64,000 nt of DNA from Candidatus Lustribacter sp. (GTDB lineage: Bacteria; Vulcanimicrobiota; Vulcanimicrobiia; Vulcanimicrobiales; Vulcanimicrobiaceae). Shown piece after piece: positions 1-9,933 of this stretch (the first letter of the stretch is position 1; the number at the start of each line of letters is the position of its first letter). The notes beneath the pieces were generated by a model. It was not told where the DNA came from. It saw only the letters and a program-made list of their open reading frames with translations, and did no database searches. The stretch spans positions 4,320,001-4,384,000 of the forward strand of contig OZ255842.1 of NCBI GenBank assembly GCA_965277805.1. The letters are read 5' to 3'. Made by a program: the position numbers and the translations under genes.

Positions 1-1101
1 AATTTCGAGCGTGCCGAAAACGCGCTGCACTTCCTCGATATCGGGATACTTGCCGGTGAGGAAGTAGTTCTGCACGCGCGTGTCGCTCATCCGGTAGACG
101 AGGATGCACTTCGACGGCTTGCCGTCGCGACCGGCGCGGCCCGCCTCCTGCGTGTAGGCTTCGATCGAACCCGGCAGATCGTAGTGGACGACGAAACGGA
201 TGTTCGGCTTGTCGATGCCGAGGCCGAACGCATTGGTCGCAACGACCGCCTTGATCGCTTCTTGCATGAACAGTTCGTGCACCGCGATGCGATCGTGCTT
301 CTGCAACTTCGAATGATAGACGGCGGCCGGGATGTCGAGCTGCTCTTGCAGATATTTCTGCACTTCGAGCGCGTTCTTGATCGTGGCGGTGTAAATGATC
401 CCGGTGCCTTCGAGATCGTTGTTCTCGAACAGGGCCTTGATCGCGCGCAGCTTGCCCGCTTCGTTTTCCGCCCGGCGCACGCTATAGATCAAGTTGGGAC
501 GGTCGAATCCGCGCACGATCGGTTTCACGTCGGGCACGCCCAGTTGCGTGAGGATGTCTTCGCGCACCGCCGGCGTGGCGGTTGCGGTCAGCGCAAGAAC
601 CGTCGGCTTGCCGAGCGCCGCGATCACGCGGCCGAGGTTGAGGTAGGCCGGACGGAAGTCGTGACCCCACTGGCTGATGCAGTGCGCTTCGTCGATCACG
701 AACAGCGGCACGGTCAGCTTCTGTAGAATCGCGACGAACGCGTCGTCCTCGAGCTTCTCGGGCGTGACGAAGACGATCTTCATGGCGCCTGAGGCGATGC
801 GCGCGATGCCGGCCGCTTCCTGATCTTCGGTCAAGGTTGAATTCAGCGCGACGGTCTCGTGGACGCCGTGCGATGCGAGCATGTCGATCTGATCTTTCAT
901 CAGAGCGATCAGCGGCGATACGATGACGGTGGTGCCGGGCAGCATCAGCGCCGGCAATTGATAGCACAGCGACTTTCCGGCACCGGTGGCCAGAATGGCC
1001 AGCGTATCCTCGCCTGCCAAGACGCGGTTGATAACTTCTTCTTGGCCGGGGTTGAAAGTCTCGTATCCGAAACGCTCGCGTAGCGCAGCGTAGAGTTCCA
1101 C
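1..1101 (-). CDS. recQ: RecQ-family ATP-dependent DNA helicase (3' end runs off the window)
   Basis: Not in the ORF track; translated by hand from GTG at 1101: MELYAALRERFGYETFNPGQEEVI...ATGAGKSLCYQLPAL...SPLIALMKDQ...IDEAHCISQWGHDFRP. GGGAGAGG SD-like sequence upstream. Confidence 0.93.
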   Translation of the reverse strand, partial: MELYAALRERFGYETFNPGQEEVINRVLAGEDTLAILATGAGKSLCYQLPALMLPGTTVIVSPLIALMKDQIDMLASHGVHETVALNSTLTEDQEAAGIARIASGAMKIVFVTPEKLEDDAFVAILQKLTVPLFVIDEAHCISQWGHDFRPAYLNLGRVIAALGKPTVLALTATATPAVREDILTQLGVPDVKPIVRGFDRPNLIYSVRRAENEAGKLRAIKALFENNDLEGTGIIYTATIKNALEVQKYLQEQLDIPAAVYHSKLQKHDRIAVHELFMQEAIKAVVATNAFGLGIDKPNIRFVVHYDLPGSIEAYTQEAGRAGRDGKPSKCILVYRMSDTRVQNYFLTGKYPDIEEVQRVFGTLEI

Positions 1102-1266
1102 TGGGCCTCTCCCACACGATGATGACGGGGCGACGCTTGAAGCCCCCTGCCTAAAGGGGGCGCAAAACATAGCCGAGTCAGACGGTCACGGTATTCCCCT
1201 ACCCGCTACCGTCTAAACGGTTACATAGGCCGGGATGGACCAGCTCGGGTCCGAACCCTCCGACGA

Positions 1267-2910
1267 GTGTCCCTCTATCGTACCTGGCGTCCCCTAACCT
1301 TCGCTCACCTGGTCGGTCAGGATGCCGTCGTGCGCACGCTCACAACGGCGATTGAAACGGGCAGGCTCGCGCACGCCTATCTGTTCTCCGGACCCCGCGG
1401 TTCGGGCAAGACCTCGGCCGCCAAGATCCTCGCCCGCTGCATCGAGTGTGAGATCGGCCCGACCGCCACGCCCGACAACACGTGCGCCAACTGCATCGCG
1501 ATCCTCGAGGGCACCGCGTTCGACGTGATCGAGATCGATGCCGCATCGAACCGCGGAATCGACGAGATCCGCGCGCTGCGTGACGCAGTGAAGTTCCCGC
1601 CGTCGGTAATGCGTTCGAAAGTCTACATCATCGACGAAGCGCACATGCTCACCAAAGAGGGCGCGAACGCGTTTCTCAAAACGCTCGAAGAGCCGCCGCC
1701 GCACGTCACGTTCATTCTCGCGACGACGTCGCCCGAATCGTTGCCGCCGACGATTCTTTCGCGCTGTCAGCGCTACGCGTTTCGCCGCATCTCGATCGAA
1801 GTGATGATCGCGCGCATGCGCGAGATCGCGGACGCCGAGGGCATCCAGATCGACGACGGCGCGCTGGGCGCGATCGCATACCGCGCCGACGGCGGATTGC
1901 GCGACGCGTTGACGATGCTCGAGCAAGTCGCCGCCTTCGGCGCCGGACACGTCGACGTCAAGACCGTGAACGACGCGTTCGGCCAAACCGGACGGGCGTT
2001 TGCGCTCGCGCTGCGCGATCAATCGCTGGCCGGCGATGCCGCCGCCGCACTGCACACGATCGACGATGCGAGCGATGCGGGCACCGACATGCCGGGCTTG
2101 ATCCGTGCGCTGATCGCGGAATTCCGCCACCTGCTGGTGGCGCGCGTCAATCCGGAATTGCTCGCGCGCGATCTCGCGGCCGACGACGCCGCCGCCGCGC
2201 AAGAGCGCGCGCAGACGGTCTCACAAGCGCGGCTCGTGCGCGCGCTGCGGCTGTTCGGCGATGCGCTCGCGGCCGCGCGCACCTCGGGCAACGCGCGCCT
2301 CGAACTCGAGACCGCGATGCTGCGTTTCGTTTTGCAAACCGAAGACCCGACGTTGGAAGCACTGGCCGCGCGCGTGACGGCAATCGAAGGCGGCGCACCG
2401 GCACCGGCGCGTCCGGCAGCGGTGCCGTCGCCGCCGCCCCGCGCGGCTGCAATACCGGCGCCCGCGCCGGCTGCCAAGCCCGCCGCGAAACCCGTGGCCG
2501 CGCCGGCGGCGTCGCCGGCACCGGTACCGGCCGCCGCCCCTGCGCAGGCGCCGACCGTGTCGGGTCCGTTGACGACCGCGAAGCTGCGCTCGTTGTGGCA
2601 GAACGTGCGGGCGCGCGCGGAGAGCGAGAAGCCCTCGATGGCCGCCACGCTCAGCCGGGCCACGATCGAGTCCGTCACCGACGAGCTGATTACGCTGCGC
2701 ATGCCCGACACGACCGGGGGCGAAGCGCTCAAGCGCAGCCTCGATACGCTCGTGAAGGCGGTCGAGGGTGTTGTCGGACGGGCGATGCCCGTGCGCGTCG
2801 TGGTCGGCAGCCCCGCGCCGGTTGCAGCCAGCGATCCGGCAACGGACGGCGAATTCCCCGAAGAGCATCCCGACGACGTCGCGCGGTACGCGTTCGACCG
2901 GCTTCTCTGA
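1267..2910 (+). CDS. dnaX: DNA polymerase III subunit gamma/tau
   Basis: LYRTWRP, Walker A GPRGSGKT, EIDAASNRG, IIDEAHML, SRC motif, Pro/Ala-rich linker; dnaX-ybaB-recR synteny. Confidence 0.97.
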   Translation: MSLYRTWRPLTFAHLVGQDAVVRTLTTAIETGRLAHAYLFSGPRGSGKTSAAKILARCIECEIGPTATPDNTCANCIAILEGTAFDVIEIDAASNRGIDEIRALRDAVKFPPSVMRSKVYIIDEAHMLTKEGANAFLKTLEEPPPHVTFILATTSPESLPPTILSRCQRYAFRRISIEVMIARMREIADAEGIQIDDGALGAIAYRADGGLRDALTMLEQVAAFGAGHVDVKTVNDAFGQTGRAFALALRDQSLAGDAAAALHTIDDASDAGTDMPGLIRALIAEFRHLLVARVNPELLARDLAADDAAAAQERAQTVSQARLVRALRLFGDALAAARTSGNARLELETAMLRFVLQTEDPTLEALAARVTAIEGGAPAPARPAAVPSPPPRAAAIPAPAPAAKPAAKPVAAPAASPAPVPAAAPAQAPTVSGPLTTAKLRSLWQNVRARAESEKPSMAATLSRATIESVTDELITLRMPDTTGGEALKRSLDTLVKAVEGVVGRAMPVRVVVGSPAPVAASDPATDGEFPEEHPDDVARYAFDRLL

Positions 2911-2938
2911 TGCGCACCCGCTCACAAAGGACGAACTC

Positions 2939-3247
2939 GTGAATCAGGCCCAGATGATGCAGCAGCTCAAGAAGATGCAGCAAGAGATGGCGCGCGTGCA
3001 AGATGAACTCGCTAACGCGACGGTCGAAGGCAGCGCCGCCGGCGGCGTTGTGACGTGCGCGGTCAACGGCGAATTTCGCGTGACCAAGCTGACGATCAAG
3101 CCCGAAGCCGTCGATCCGGAAGACATCGAGACGCTCGAAGATCTGCTCGTCGTTGCGCTCAACGATGCGATCCTCAAAGCCAAAGCACTCAGCGAACAGA
3201 AGATGGGCAAACTGACCGGCGGCATGAAGATTCCCGGACTGATGTAG
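2939..3247 (+). CDS. ybaB: YbaB/EbfC nucleoid-associated protein
   Basis: GTG start after AAGGA; MMQQLKKMQQEM...GGVVT...VDPEDIETLEDLLVVALNDA; lies between dnaX and recR. Confidence 0.95.
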   Translation: MNQAQMMQQLKKMQQEMARVQDELANATVEGSAAGGVVTCAVNGEFRVTKLTIKPEAVDPEDIETLEDLLVVALNDAILKAKALSEQKMGKLTGGMKIPGLM

Positions 3248-3852
3248 TGGCCAACGGCGTCGCCGGACCCGTTGCCGCTCTGATCAACGAATTCTCGAAG
3301 TTGCCGACGATCGGGCCGAAGACTGCGGCGCGGCTGGTTTTTCATTTGCTCAACAAGCCGCGGGCGGATGCGGAATCGCTGGCGGATGCGATCATTGCGC
3401 TCAAAGACCGGGTGCGGTTGTGTTCGTCGTGCTTTTCGATCACCGAAGAGGATCCGTGTTCGATTTGCAACGACTCGCGGCGCGACGCGCGCGTTTTGTG
3501 CGTTGTCGCGGAAGCGAAAGATATCTTCGCGCTCGAGCGCACGTCGGCGTACAACGGGCGCTATCACGTTCTGGGCGGGTTGATTTCGCCGATGGACGGG
3601 ATCGGGCCGGCGCAGCTGCGCGTCAAGGAACTCATCGAGCGCATCGGTTCCAACGGCTACGAAGAATTGATCGTCGCCACCAACCCCAACGCCGAGGGTG
3701 AAGCCACGGCGCTCTACCTCTCGCGCCTCGTCAATCCGCTCGGCGTGCTCGTCACGCGCCTCGCCTACGGTCTCCCGATCGGCGGCGACCTCGACTACGC
3801 CGACGAAGTCACCCTAGCCAAAGCCATCGAAGGCCGCCGCACCCTCGCCTAA
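3247..3852 (+). CDS. recR: Recombination mediator RecR
   Basis: HhH LPTIGPKTAARL, C4 zinc finger CSSC...CSIC, Toprim ATNPNAEGEATA; GTG overlaps the ybaB stop. Confidence 0.97.
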   Translation: MANGVAGPVAALINEFSKLPTIGPKTAARLVFHLLNKPRADAESLADAIIALKDRVRLCSSCFSITEEDPCSICNDSRRDARVLCVVAEAKDIFALERTSAYNGRYHVLGGLISPMDGIGPAQLRVKELIERIGSNGYEELIVATNPNAEGEATALYLSRLVNPLGVLVTRLAYGLPIGGDLDYADEVTLAKAIEGRRTLA

Positions 3853-3873
3853 CCAACATCCCCCCGCGCCCGC

Positions 3874-3908
3874 TGTCATCCCGACCGGGCGCTCCGCGCG
3901 GGATGACA
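3874..3908. repeat. Hairpin TGTCATCCCG-N15-CGGGATGACA (REP-like palindrome or terminator after recR)
   Basis: Perfect 10-bp inverted repeat just downstream of the recR stop; TGTCATCCCGA recurs at 54035-54045. Confidence 0.6.
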
Positions 3909-3971
3909 TACATAACAGAGCGGCGTTGCGACTTGACGGGATAGCTGTGGAGGGGCGTCACAGTACCCGAT

Positions 3972-4940
3972 ATGGATGACTCTTCGCCGGCCGGCGCGGG
4001 CCTTCCGCGGCCCATGTCGATCGGCGAGATTCTCGACCGCGCGATCTCGACGTATGTGCGCCGGTGTCTCCCGCTGTTCGTGATCCTCGCGATCGTGATC
4101 GTTCCCGTGACGCTGCTGCAACTTGCTGCATCGCCCGGCTTCTCGCACGTGAGCGATGTGTTCGCGGAGATGAATCGTTTGCCGGTGAGCGACACGATCG
4201 ATCGCAACCGCCTCATGGGCGAAGCGCTGCGCGGCATCAACGCCGGCTCAATTTTCGCGCTGTTCATCCTGTGGCCGGTCATCCTGTTTCCGCTCACGCG
4301 CAACGCCGTCTACACCTACGCCGACGGTGCGCTGGAAAACACGCCGGTTTCTATTGCCGCCGCGTATCGCGCTTCGTTCGCCCGCTGGTTCGCGCAGATC
4401 GTCGTGGTGATCGGCTATTTCGCCATCGCGTGCGCGATCGCCGTCGCGGTCTTTTTGGTATACGCCTTGATCCTCGTGGTCGTGTTCCTCGTGGCCGGCC
4501 GGGGCGCGGCAGCCGGAATTGCAATCGTCGTCGTCACGATTCCGTCGTTCCTCGCGTTCTTTCTCGGTTATGCGCTCTTGAACGTGGCATTCGAGCTTTC
4601 GGCCGTGAGCCTCGCGTTGGAAGCGAATAATCCGTTTCGCGCGATCGAGATCGGCTGGCGCCGCACATTCGACCGTGCATTGCGCCGTCGCACGGTCGGC
4701 GTTGCGCTCGCGTTCTCGGCGGTCGAGGTCGTCGGTTCGCTCGCGGTGGGTGCCGTGAGTTTGCTGTTGCAAGCGCTGACGCATCTCGCGTTGCTTGGCG
4801 CCCTCGTGTCGGCGATCGGGCAGATCGTGATTTCGGGCGTGCTCGGCGTGTTCATGGTCGCCTATGCGCGCGACGTGCGCCTGCGCCGTGAGGGCTACGA
4901 TTTGCTGCGCGCGGCGAGCGAGCCGGCAGCGGCAACGTGA
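3972..4940 (+). CDS. Multi-pass membrane protein of MoxR/DUF58 loci
   Basis: RPMSIGEILDRA N-terminal motif, about 6 hydrophobic segments, C-terminal DVRLRREGYDL; 4-bp overlap with the next gene. Confidence 0.75.
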   Translation: MDDSSPAGAGLPRPMSIGEILDRAISTYVRRCLPLFVILAIVIVPVTLLQLAASPGFSHVSDVFAEMNRLPVSDTIDRNRLMGEALRGINAGSIFALFILWPVILFPLTRNAVYTYADGALENTPVSIAAAYRASFARWFAQIVVVIGYFAIACAIAVAVFLVYALILVVVFLVAGRGAAAGIAIVVVTIPSFLAFFLGYALLNVAFELSAVSLALEANNPFRAIEIGWRRTFDRALRRRTVGVALAFSAVEVVGSLAVGAVSLLLQALTHLALLGALVSAIGQIVISGVLGVFMVAYARDVRLRREGYDLLRAASEPAAAT

Positions 4941-5560
4941 GCGCCGGCTGGCCGGCCGGCGATCCGCGCGACGTCGCGCGTGCGATCGCGCACGAAGCGC
5001 GCTTTCGCGGCGACACGGCGCCCGCTGCCGCGGGGCCGACGCTGCTCGAGCGGTTGTTCGCCTGGATCGGCGACCGGCTCCACGACATCTTGCGCGGTAT
5101 CGATCACGTGCTCGGTCCGGCAAACGCGTTGAGCGGCGTGCTCGCGGTCGTGCTCATCTTGGCGGTGATCGGTGCCGCGATCGTGCTCGTGGTGCGCATC
5201 GCGCGCATTCGCGGCCGCGAACCGCGGCCGATGGCGGACGCGGCGATAACGGTGCTTGAGGCCGCGCTCACGAGTGCGCAATTGCTGGAACTTGCGCGGC
5301 GTTATGCGCACGAGGAACGCTGGCACGACGCGGCATCGGCGCTCGTGCGCGCAGCGCTGCTCGCGCTGGATGAAACGGGCCGGCTGCGCTACGACGCCGC
5401 GCGCACGGCGGGCGAAGCGCGGCGGCTGCTCGGCGATCCCGGCTTCGATGCGTTCGAGCGCGAGGCGACGGCGGCGCTCTTCGCGGCCGGAGCGGCTACC
5501 GCGGACCGCGTTGCGCGGCTGCGCGCGGCGTACGCGCAAACCTTCGGCGTGCCGGCGTGA
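4937..5560 (+). CDS. DUF4129 domain membrane protein
   Basis: One TM segment, then A..LVRAALLALDE.G.LRYDAARTAGE; operon context. Confidence 0.72.
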   Translation: MSAGWPAGDPRDVARAIAHEARFRGDTAPAAAGPTLLERLFAWIGDRLHDILRGIDHVLGPANALSGVLAVVLILAVIGAAIVLVVRIARIRGREPRPMADAAITVLEAALTSAQLLELARRYAHEERWHDAASALVRAALLALDETGRLRYDAARTAGEARRLLGDPGFDAFEREATAALFAAGAATADRVARLRAAYAQTFGVPA

Positions 5561-6633
5561 TCGCATGGCTGCGCGTGCACCGCGGCGACGTGATCCGCGC
5601 GGCGCTGGCCGTTGCGGGGCTGATGCTGGTGGCGTTCTTGACCAAGCCGCCGCCGCAAGCCGAGCTCGACACTTATTCGGTCACCGATGCGCGCAGCGGC
5701 GGCTATGCCGCGTGGGAAGAGCTGTTGCAGCGCGAGGGTGTTGTGGTCGAGCGGTTCGACCGCCGTCCGGTCGAACTCGACGGCACGATCGATACGCTGA
5801 TCGATGCCTACAGCGTGGCGCCGTTGCCCGACGGCGTCCGTCTCGATGCCGATACGCGCGCACTCGCCGATTGGGTGGGCCGCGGCGGGCGCCTCGTGCT
5901 GATCGGCCGCAACGGCGCAACGGCCGCGCAAGAGACCAAGCTGCTGCAGCGTCCCGCCGAGCGCAGCGCAGGCGCTGCCGGCGGTCCGTTGCGCGCGCAG
6001 GCGTTCGGGGGCGCGGTCGAGCAGCTGGCGACGTTTTCGTCCGATCGTTTCGTGCGCGGGAAACCGGCCCCGCGCACGCGCGTGCTCTTGGCCGATGGCG
6101 GCGGCGCGTTGATCGTGCGCGTGGGGCTCGGGCGCGGCGCGATCCTCTACGTGAGCGATCCGCGTTTGTTCGCGAACGCGGCGCTCGCGCGCGATGACAA
6201 CGCGCGGCTGGCGTATCTGCTCGCGCGCCCGCGCGCACCCGGACGGATCGTGGCCTTCGACGAAGCGCTGCACGGCGCGCTGCACGAGCGCGGCTGGCTC
6301 GCCGCGTTGAGCGTTCCCGTTCGCGTGGCGCTGGCGGGCGCGGTGCTGACGATCCTGATCGCGCTGGCCGGCGGCGCGCTGCGGCTCGGACCGCCGGTTA
6401 CGCTGCGCGCGGTGCGCGAGCCGGCCTCGGATGAATTCATCGCGGCCGTGGCGGCGCTCTACGGGCGCGCGCACGCGCGGCGCGATGCGATCGCGCTGCT
6501 TGCCGCCGGCGCGGACGTGCCGGGCGAGACCGCAGTGCAATTGCGCCTGCTGCGCGAACGCCAGACGCCGAGCGACGCAGACCTGATTCGAAGCGCCGCG
6601 CTGGCGCAGGCGCTGCGAGGGGAGCACGGATGA
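5557..6633 (+). CDS. DUF4350 domain membrane protein
   Basis: N-terminal TM, LADWVGRGGRLVL, LFANAAL...NA, IVAFDEALHG, second TM then RLGPP. Confidence 0.75.
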   Translation: MIAWLRVHRGDVIRAALAVAGLMLVAFLTKPPPQAELDTYSVTDARSGGYAAWEELLQREGVVVERFDRRPVELDGTIDTLIDAYSVAPLPDGVRLDADTRALADWVGRGGRLVLIGRNGATAAQETKLLQRPAERSAGAAGGPLRAQAFGGAVEQLATFSSDRFVRGKPAPRTRVLLADGGGALIVRVGLGRGAILYVSDPRLFANAALARDDNARLAYLLARPRAPGRIVAFDEALHGALHERGWLAALSVPVRVALAGAVLTILIALAGGALRLGPPVTLRAVREPASDEFIAAVAALYGRAHARRDAIALLAAGADVPGETAVQLRLLRERQTPSDADLIRSAALAQALRGEHG

Positions 6634-7583
6634 ACCCGGGGGCTACGGAACTTGCGCACCGCTTACGGGCGGGTCTCGCAAACGTCATCGCGGGCAACGA
6701 AGCGCCGACGTTCGCCGTCCTGGTCGCGCTGCTCGCGGGCGGCCATCTGCTGCTGGAAGGCGTGCCGGGCACCGCCAAAACGCTGATCGTACGTACGCTC
6801 GCGCGGCTGTTAAACGCCGGGTTTCGCCGCATTCAGTTCACGCCCGACCTGATGCCCTCGGACATCGCCGGCACGACCGTGTTCGATCCGGCCAGCGGAA
6901 CGTTCTCGTTCCGGCGCGGGCCGGTCTTCACCAACCTCGTGCTGGCCGACGAGATCAATCGCACGCCGGCGAAAACGCAGTCGGCCTTGCTCGAAGCGAT
7001 GGAAGAGCGCCAGGTGACGATCGACGGCGAGACCCATCCGATCGCCGCGCCGTTCTTCGTGTGCGCGACGCAGAACCCGATCGAGTTCGAAGGCACTTAT
7101 CCGCTGCCCGAAGCGCAGCTCGACCGCTTCATCGTGCGCGCGCGCACCGGCTATCCGAGCGAAGACCAAGAGCGCGCGCTGCTGGCGCGAACGGTTGCGG
7201 GTTTCGATGCGCACGATTTGGATACGGCCGGCATCGAGCCGGTCTGCGACGCGCACGAGATCATCGCGGCGCAGCGCGAGGTGCGGGCGACGCACGTCGA
7301 GCCGAACGTGCAGGCGTATATCCTCGCGCTGGCGATCGCAACGCGCACGGCGCGCGACGTCTCGCTCGGCGCGAGCCCGCGCGGTGCACTGGCACTGCTC
7401 GCGACCGCGCAAGCCGCCGCGGTGATCGACGGCCGCGTGTTCGTCACGCCCGACGACGTCAAAGCGGTCGCGCCGCTCGCGCTCGCGCACCGCATCATCG
7501 TGCGCCCCGAGGCGGAACTCGAAGGCGTGAACGCCGACGCGATCGTGACGCGTATTCTGGCCGGGGTTCCCGCGCCGACGTGA
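6630..7583 (+). CDS. moxR: MoxR-family AAA+ ATPase
   Basis: GHLLLEGVPGTAKT, RIQFTPDLMPSDI, LADEINR, ATQNPIEFEGTYPLPEAQLDRF. Confidence 0.96.
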   Translation: MNPGATELAHRLRAGLANVIAGNEAPTFAVLVALLAGGHLLLEGVPGTAKTLIVRTLARLLNAGFRRIQFTPDLMPSDIAGTTVFDPASGTFSFRRGPVFTNLVLADEINRTPAKTQSALLEAMEERQVTIDGETHPIAAPFFVCATQNPIEFEGTYPLPEAQLDRFIVRARTGYPSEDQERALLARTVAGFDAHDLDTAGIEPVCDAHEIIAAQREVRATHVEPNVQAYILALAIATRTARDVSLGASPRGALALLATAQAAAVIDGRVFVTPDDVKAVAPLALAHRIIVRPEAELEGVNADAIVTRILAGVPAPT

Positions 7584-8905
7584 TGCGCGTTCGTCCGGGC
7601 GCGTGGCTCGGACCGCGCGCAATCGCGCCCGCGCTCGCGCTCTCGATCGCGGCGGGGCTGCTCGCGCGCACGTATCCATGGGCACCGGTCGTCGCCGTGC
7701 TGGCGGCGGCGTTCGTTCTCGCCTGCGTGCTGGATGCGCGCGCCAGCAGCGGGATGTTGCGCTGGCGGCGGATCGCACCCGAACGTTACGCGCTCGCGCG
7801 CGCCGATGCGTTTCGCTACGAGCTGGAAAATCACGCGACGCTGCCGCTGCGCGTCGGGATCGTGGAAGCGCCGGTGGCGAAGCTCGCCGTCGCGCTCGCT
7901 CCGGCGCAGGTGCTGGTTCCCGCGCGCAGCCGCACCGTCGCCGAAGTGGCGTTCGTGCCGCGCGAACGCGGCCGGACGGCGCTCGGCGATTCGTACGCCT
8001 GGTATGAATCGTCGTTCGGTTTGGTGCGTCACCGCGTGCGGCTCGCCGGAGCGCAGCCGATCCGCGTGCTGCCGGATTTGAGCGCCCTCGACGGCTCGGA
8101 AGATCTCGCGCTGCGCGCGCGTTTGATCGACGCCGGATTACGGCGCCTGCGGCGGCGCGGCGCCGGTACGGAATTCGAGAGCTTGCGCGAGTACGGTACG
8201 GGCGATGCGTTTCGCGACATCGATTGGAAAGCGACCGCGCGCCGCGGCCGCGTGATGGTCGCGCAGCACGAAGTCGAACGCAGCCAGCAAGTGATCGTGG
8301 CGATCGATGCCGGGCGCCTGATGGCGGCGCGGCTCGGCGACCGGCGCAAGCTCGACTATGCGGTGTCGGCAGCGCTGGGCATCGCGGCGCTCGCGCGGCG
8401 CGCCGCCGATCGCGTCGGGGTACACGCGTTCGCCGGACGCACGCTCGCCGCCGTCGCGCCGGCGAACGGCAACGCGCAAGCCGCCGCAATCGTCGAAGCG
8501 CTGGCCGACATCGAACCGCAAGCCGAAGAGTCCGATTACGAACGCGCGGCGCTCACGTTGCGCACGAGCTATCGCAAGCGCAGCCTGGTCGTGGTGTTCA
8601 CCGATCTCTTCGATCCGGTCGCCTCGGCGACGGTGCTGGCGGCATTGGCGCTGCTCGTGCGCACGCATCTGGTGCTCGTCGCGCTGGTGAACGACGCCGC
8701 GATCGCCGACGCGCTGGCCGCCGAACCGCTCGATGCGAACGCCGCCTATCGTGCCGCCGTCGCGACCGCGCTCGCGGCCGAACGCGCGCGCGCCGTGGCG
8801 AAATTGCGCGCGACCGGCATGCTCGTCGTCGACGTTCCCGCGCGCGACCTGCGCTTGGCGCTGCTGGACGCCTACCTGGATATCAAGACGCGCGGTTTGT
8901 TGTAG
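7583..8905 (+). CDS. DUF58 domain protein (VWA-like MoxR partner)
   Basis: ATG overlaps the moxR TGA; EFESLREYGTGDAFRDIDWKATARRG, IDAGRLM, VVVFTDL. Confidence 0.9.
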   Translation: MRVRPGAWLGPRAIAPALALSIAAGLLARTYPWAPVVAVLAAAFVLACVLDARASSGMLRWRRIAPERYALARADAFRYELENHATLPLRVGIVEAPVAKLAVALAPAQVLVPARSRTVAEVAFVPRERGRTALGDSYAWYESSFGLVRHRVRLAGAQPIRVLPDLSALDGSEDLALRARLIDAGLRRLRRRGAGTEFESLREYGTGDAFRDIDWKATARRGRVMVAQHEVERSQQVIVAIDAGRLMAARLGDRRKLDYAVSAALGIAALARRAADRVGVHAFAGRTLAAVAPANGNAQAAAIVEALADIEPQAEESDYERAALTLRTSYRKRSLVVVFTDLFDPVASATVLAALALLVRTHLVLVALVNDAAIADALAAEPLDANAAYRAAVATALAAERARAVAKLRATGMLVVDVPARDLRLALLDAYLDIKTRGLL

Positions 8906-9881
8906 TGGATTCATGTTCCGTGAATCCAGCGCGGCCGGCGAAGCCGAAATACGCGCAGAGTGCGACGGCGGTGAGTGCGCCGATTGCGAAGCGGACCTCG
9001 GGCGTGAAGCGTTGCGGCGAGATGAAGCCTTCGATGAGGCCGGCGACCACGAGCATGCCCGCGACGCCGAGCATCAGCACGACCGCGCGCGCACCGTTGG
9101 CGGCGAGCGCATCGATGCGCCGCGCGCGTCCCGGCCGGACGTAACCGGCGGCGAGAACCAGGCCCGCACCGCCGGCGATCTGGATCGCCGTGAGCTCGAT
9201 GACGCCGTGCGGCGCGATCGTGGCCCACAGGTCCGTGCCGAAGCCGTGGTTTGCGAACAGCGCCGCGACCGTGCCGAGATCGAGCCCGTTGAACCCGACG
9301 ATCAAGAGCGTGATGATGCCGGCCGTGATGCCGCCGGCAAACGCGATCGCCGCGACCTTGATGTTGTTGGTGATGATCAGCGCCGACATTGCGGGCGCGT
9401 AGATGCGGTCGAAGCCGAAGTTCGTATCGTGCAGGCTGCCGCTGATCGACGGCACCGCAGACGGCGGCACGAAAGCGTAGGCGTTGGCCGGATCGGCACT
9501 GGTCGCGACGTAGGCGATCGCGCCCGCCACGAGCGAGAGCAGCGCGCACAGCGCGATCGCTGTCCACGAACGACGCACCTCGCGCGGAAACGATGTCGTG
9601 AAGAGCGCGACCGCGTTCGACCAGCCGCCGGCGGTCGTGCCGGCGTAGACGCGCGCGTGGGCGCGCGCGACCAGGCGGTTGAGATAACCGATCGTGCCGG
9701 CGTCGTAGCCCCGCGCGCGAGCCATGGCCAGATCGCTCGTGGCGGCTCGGTAGCCGAGGGCTAAGGCGTCGAGCTCGGCCGCGTTCAAGCGCCGCAGACC
9801 CGTGCGGTCGGCGCGCGCGAGCAGCTCTTCGAGTTCGCCCCAGCGTGGGCGGCCGGCGTCAACGAAGCGCGCTTCGCGCAT
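8883..9881 (-). CDS. SpoIIM-family (stage II sporulation protein M-like) membrane protein
   Basis: YRAATSDLAMAR, IITNNIKVA, IAPHGVIELTAIQIAGGAG, AGLIEGFISP; start 9881 or 9890. Confidence 0.88.
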   Translation of the reverse strand: MREARFVDAGRPRWGELEELLARADRTGLRRLNAAELDALALGYRAATSDLAMARARGYDAGTIGYLNRLVARAHARVYAGTTAGGWSNAVALFTTSFPREVRRSWTAIALCALLSLVAGAIAYVATSADPANAYAFVPPSAVPSISGSLHDTNFGFDRIYAPAMSALIITNNIKVAAIAFAGGITAGIITLLIVGFNGLDLGTVAALFANHGFGTDLWATIAPHGVIELTAIQIAGGAGLVLAAGYVRPGRARRIDALAANGARAVVLMLGVAGMLVVAGLIEGFISPQRFTPEVRFAIGALTAVALCAYFGFAGRAGFTEHESTTTNRAS

Positions 9882-9933
9882 GCTCGACATTTGGCGCGAG
9901 GTCTTGCGGCGTCCCGCTCGTAGCATGTCTTCT

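Noticed and set aside
184-1117. ORF-track entries 184..726(+), 482..1117(-) and 859..1083(+)
   Set aside because: These are shadows of recQ, which occupies another minus-strand frame (1..1101) and is missing from the track because its stop lies outside the window.
1102-1266. SRP RNA or tRNA upstream of dnaX, as found in many Terrabacteria
   Set aside because: No SRP conserved loop motif or cloverleaf could be recognised; only two simple hairpins.
1267-2910. Programmed -1 frameshift in dnaX
   Set aside because: No A-AAA-AAG or poly-A slippery run was seen in the gene.
8883-9881. Evidence of sporulation from the SpoIIM-family gene
   Set aside because: This family is widespread in non-sporulating bacteria in MoxR/RDD loci, and no other sporulation gene is present in the window.
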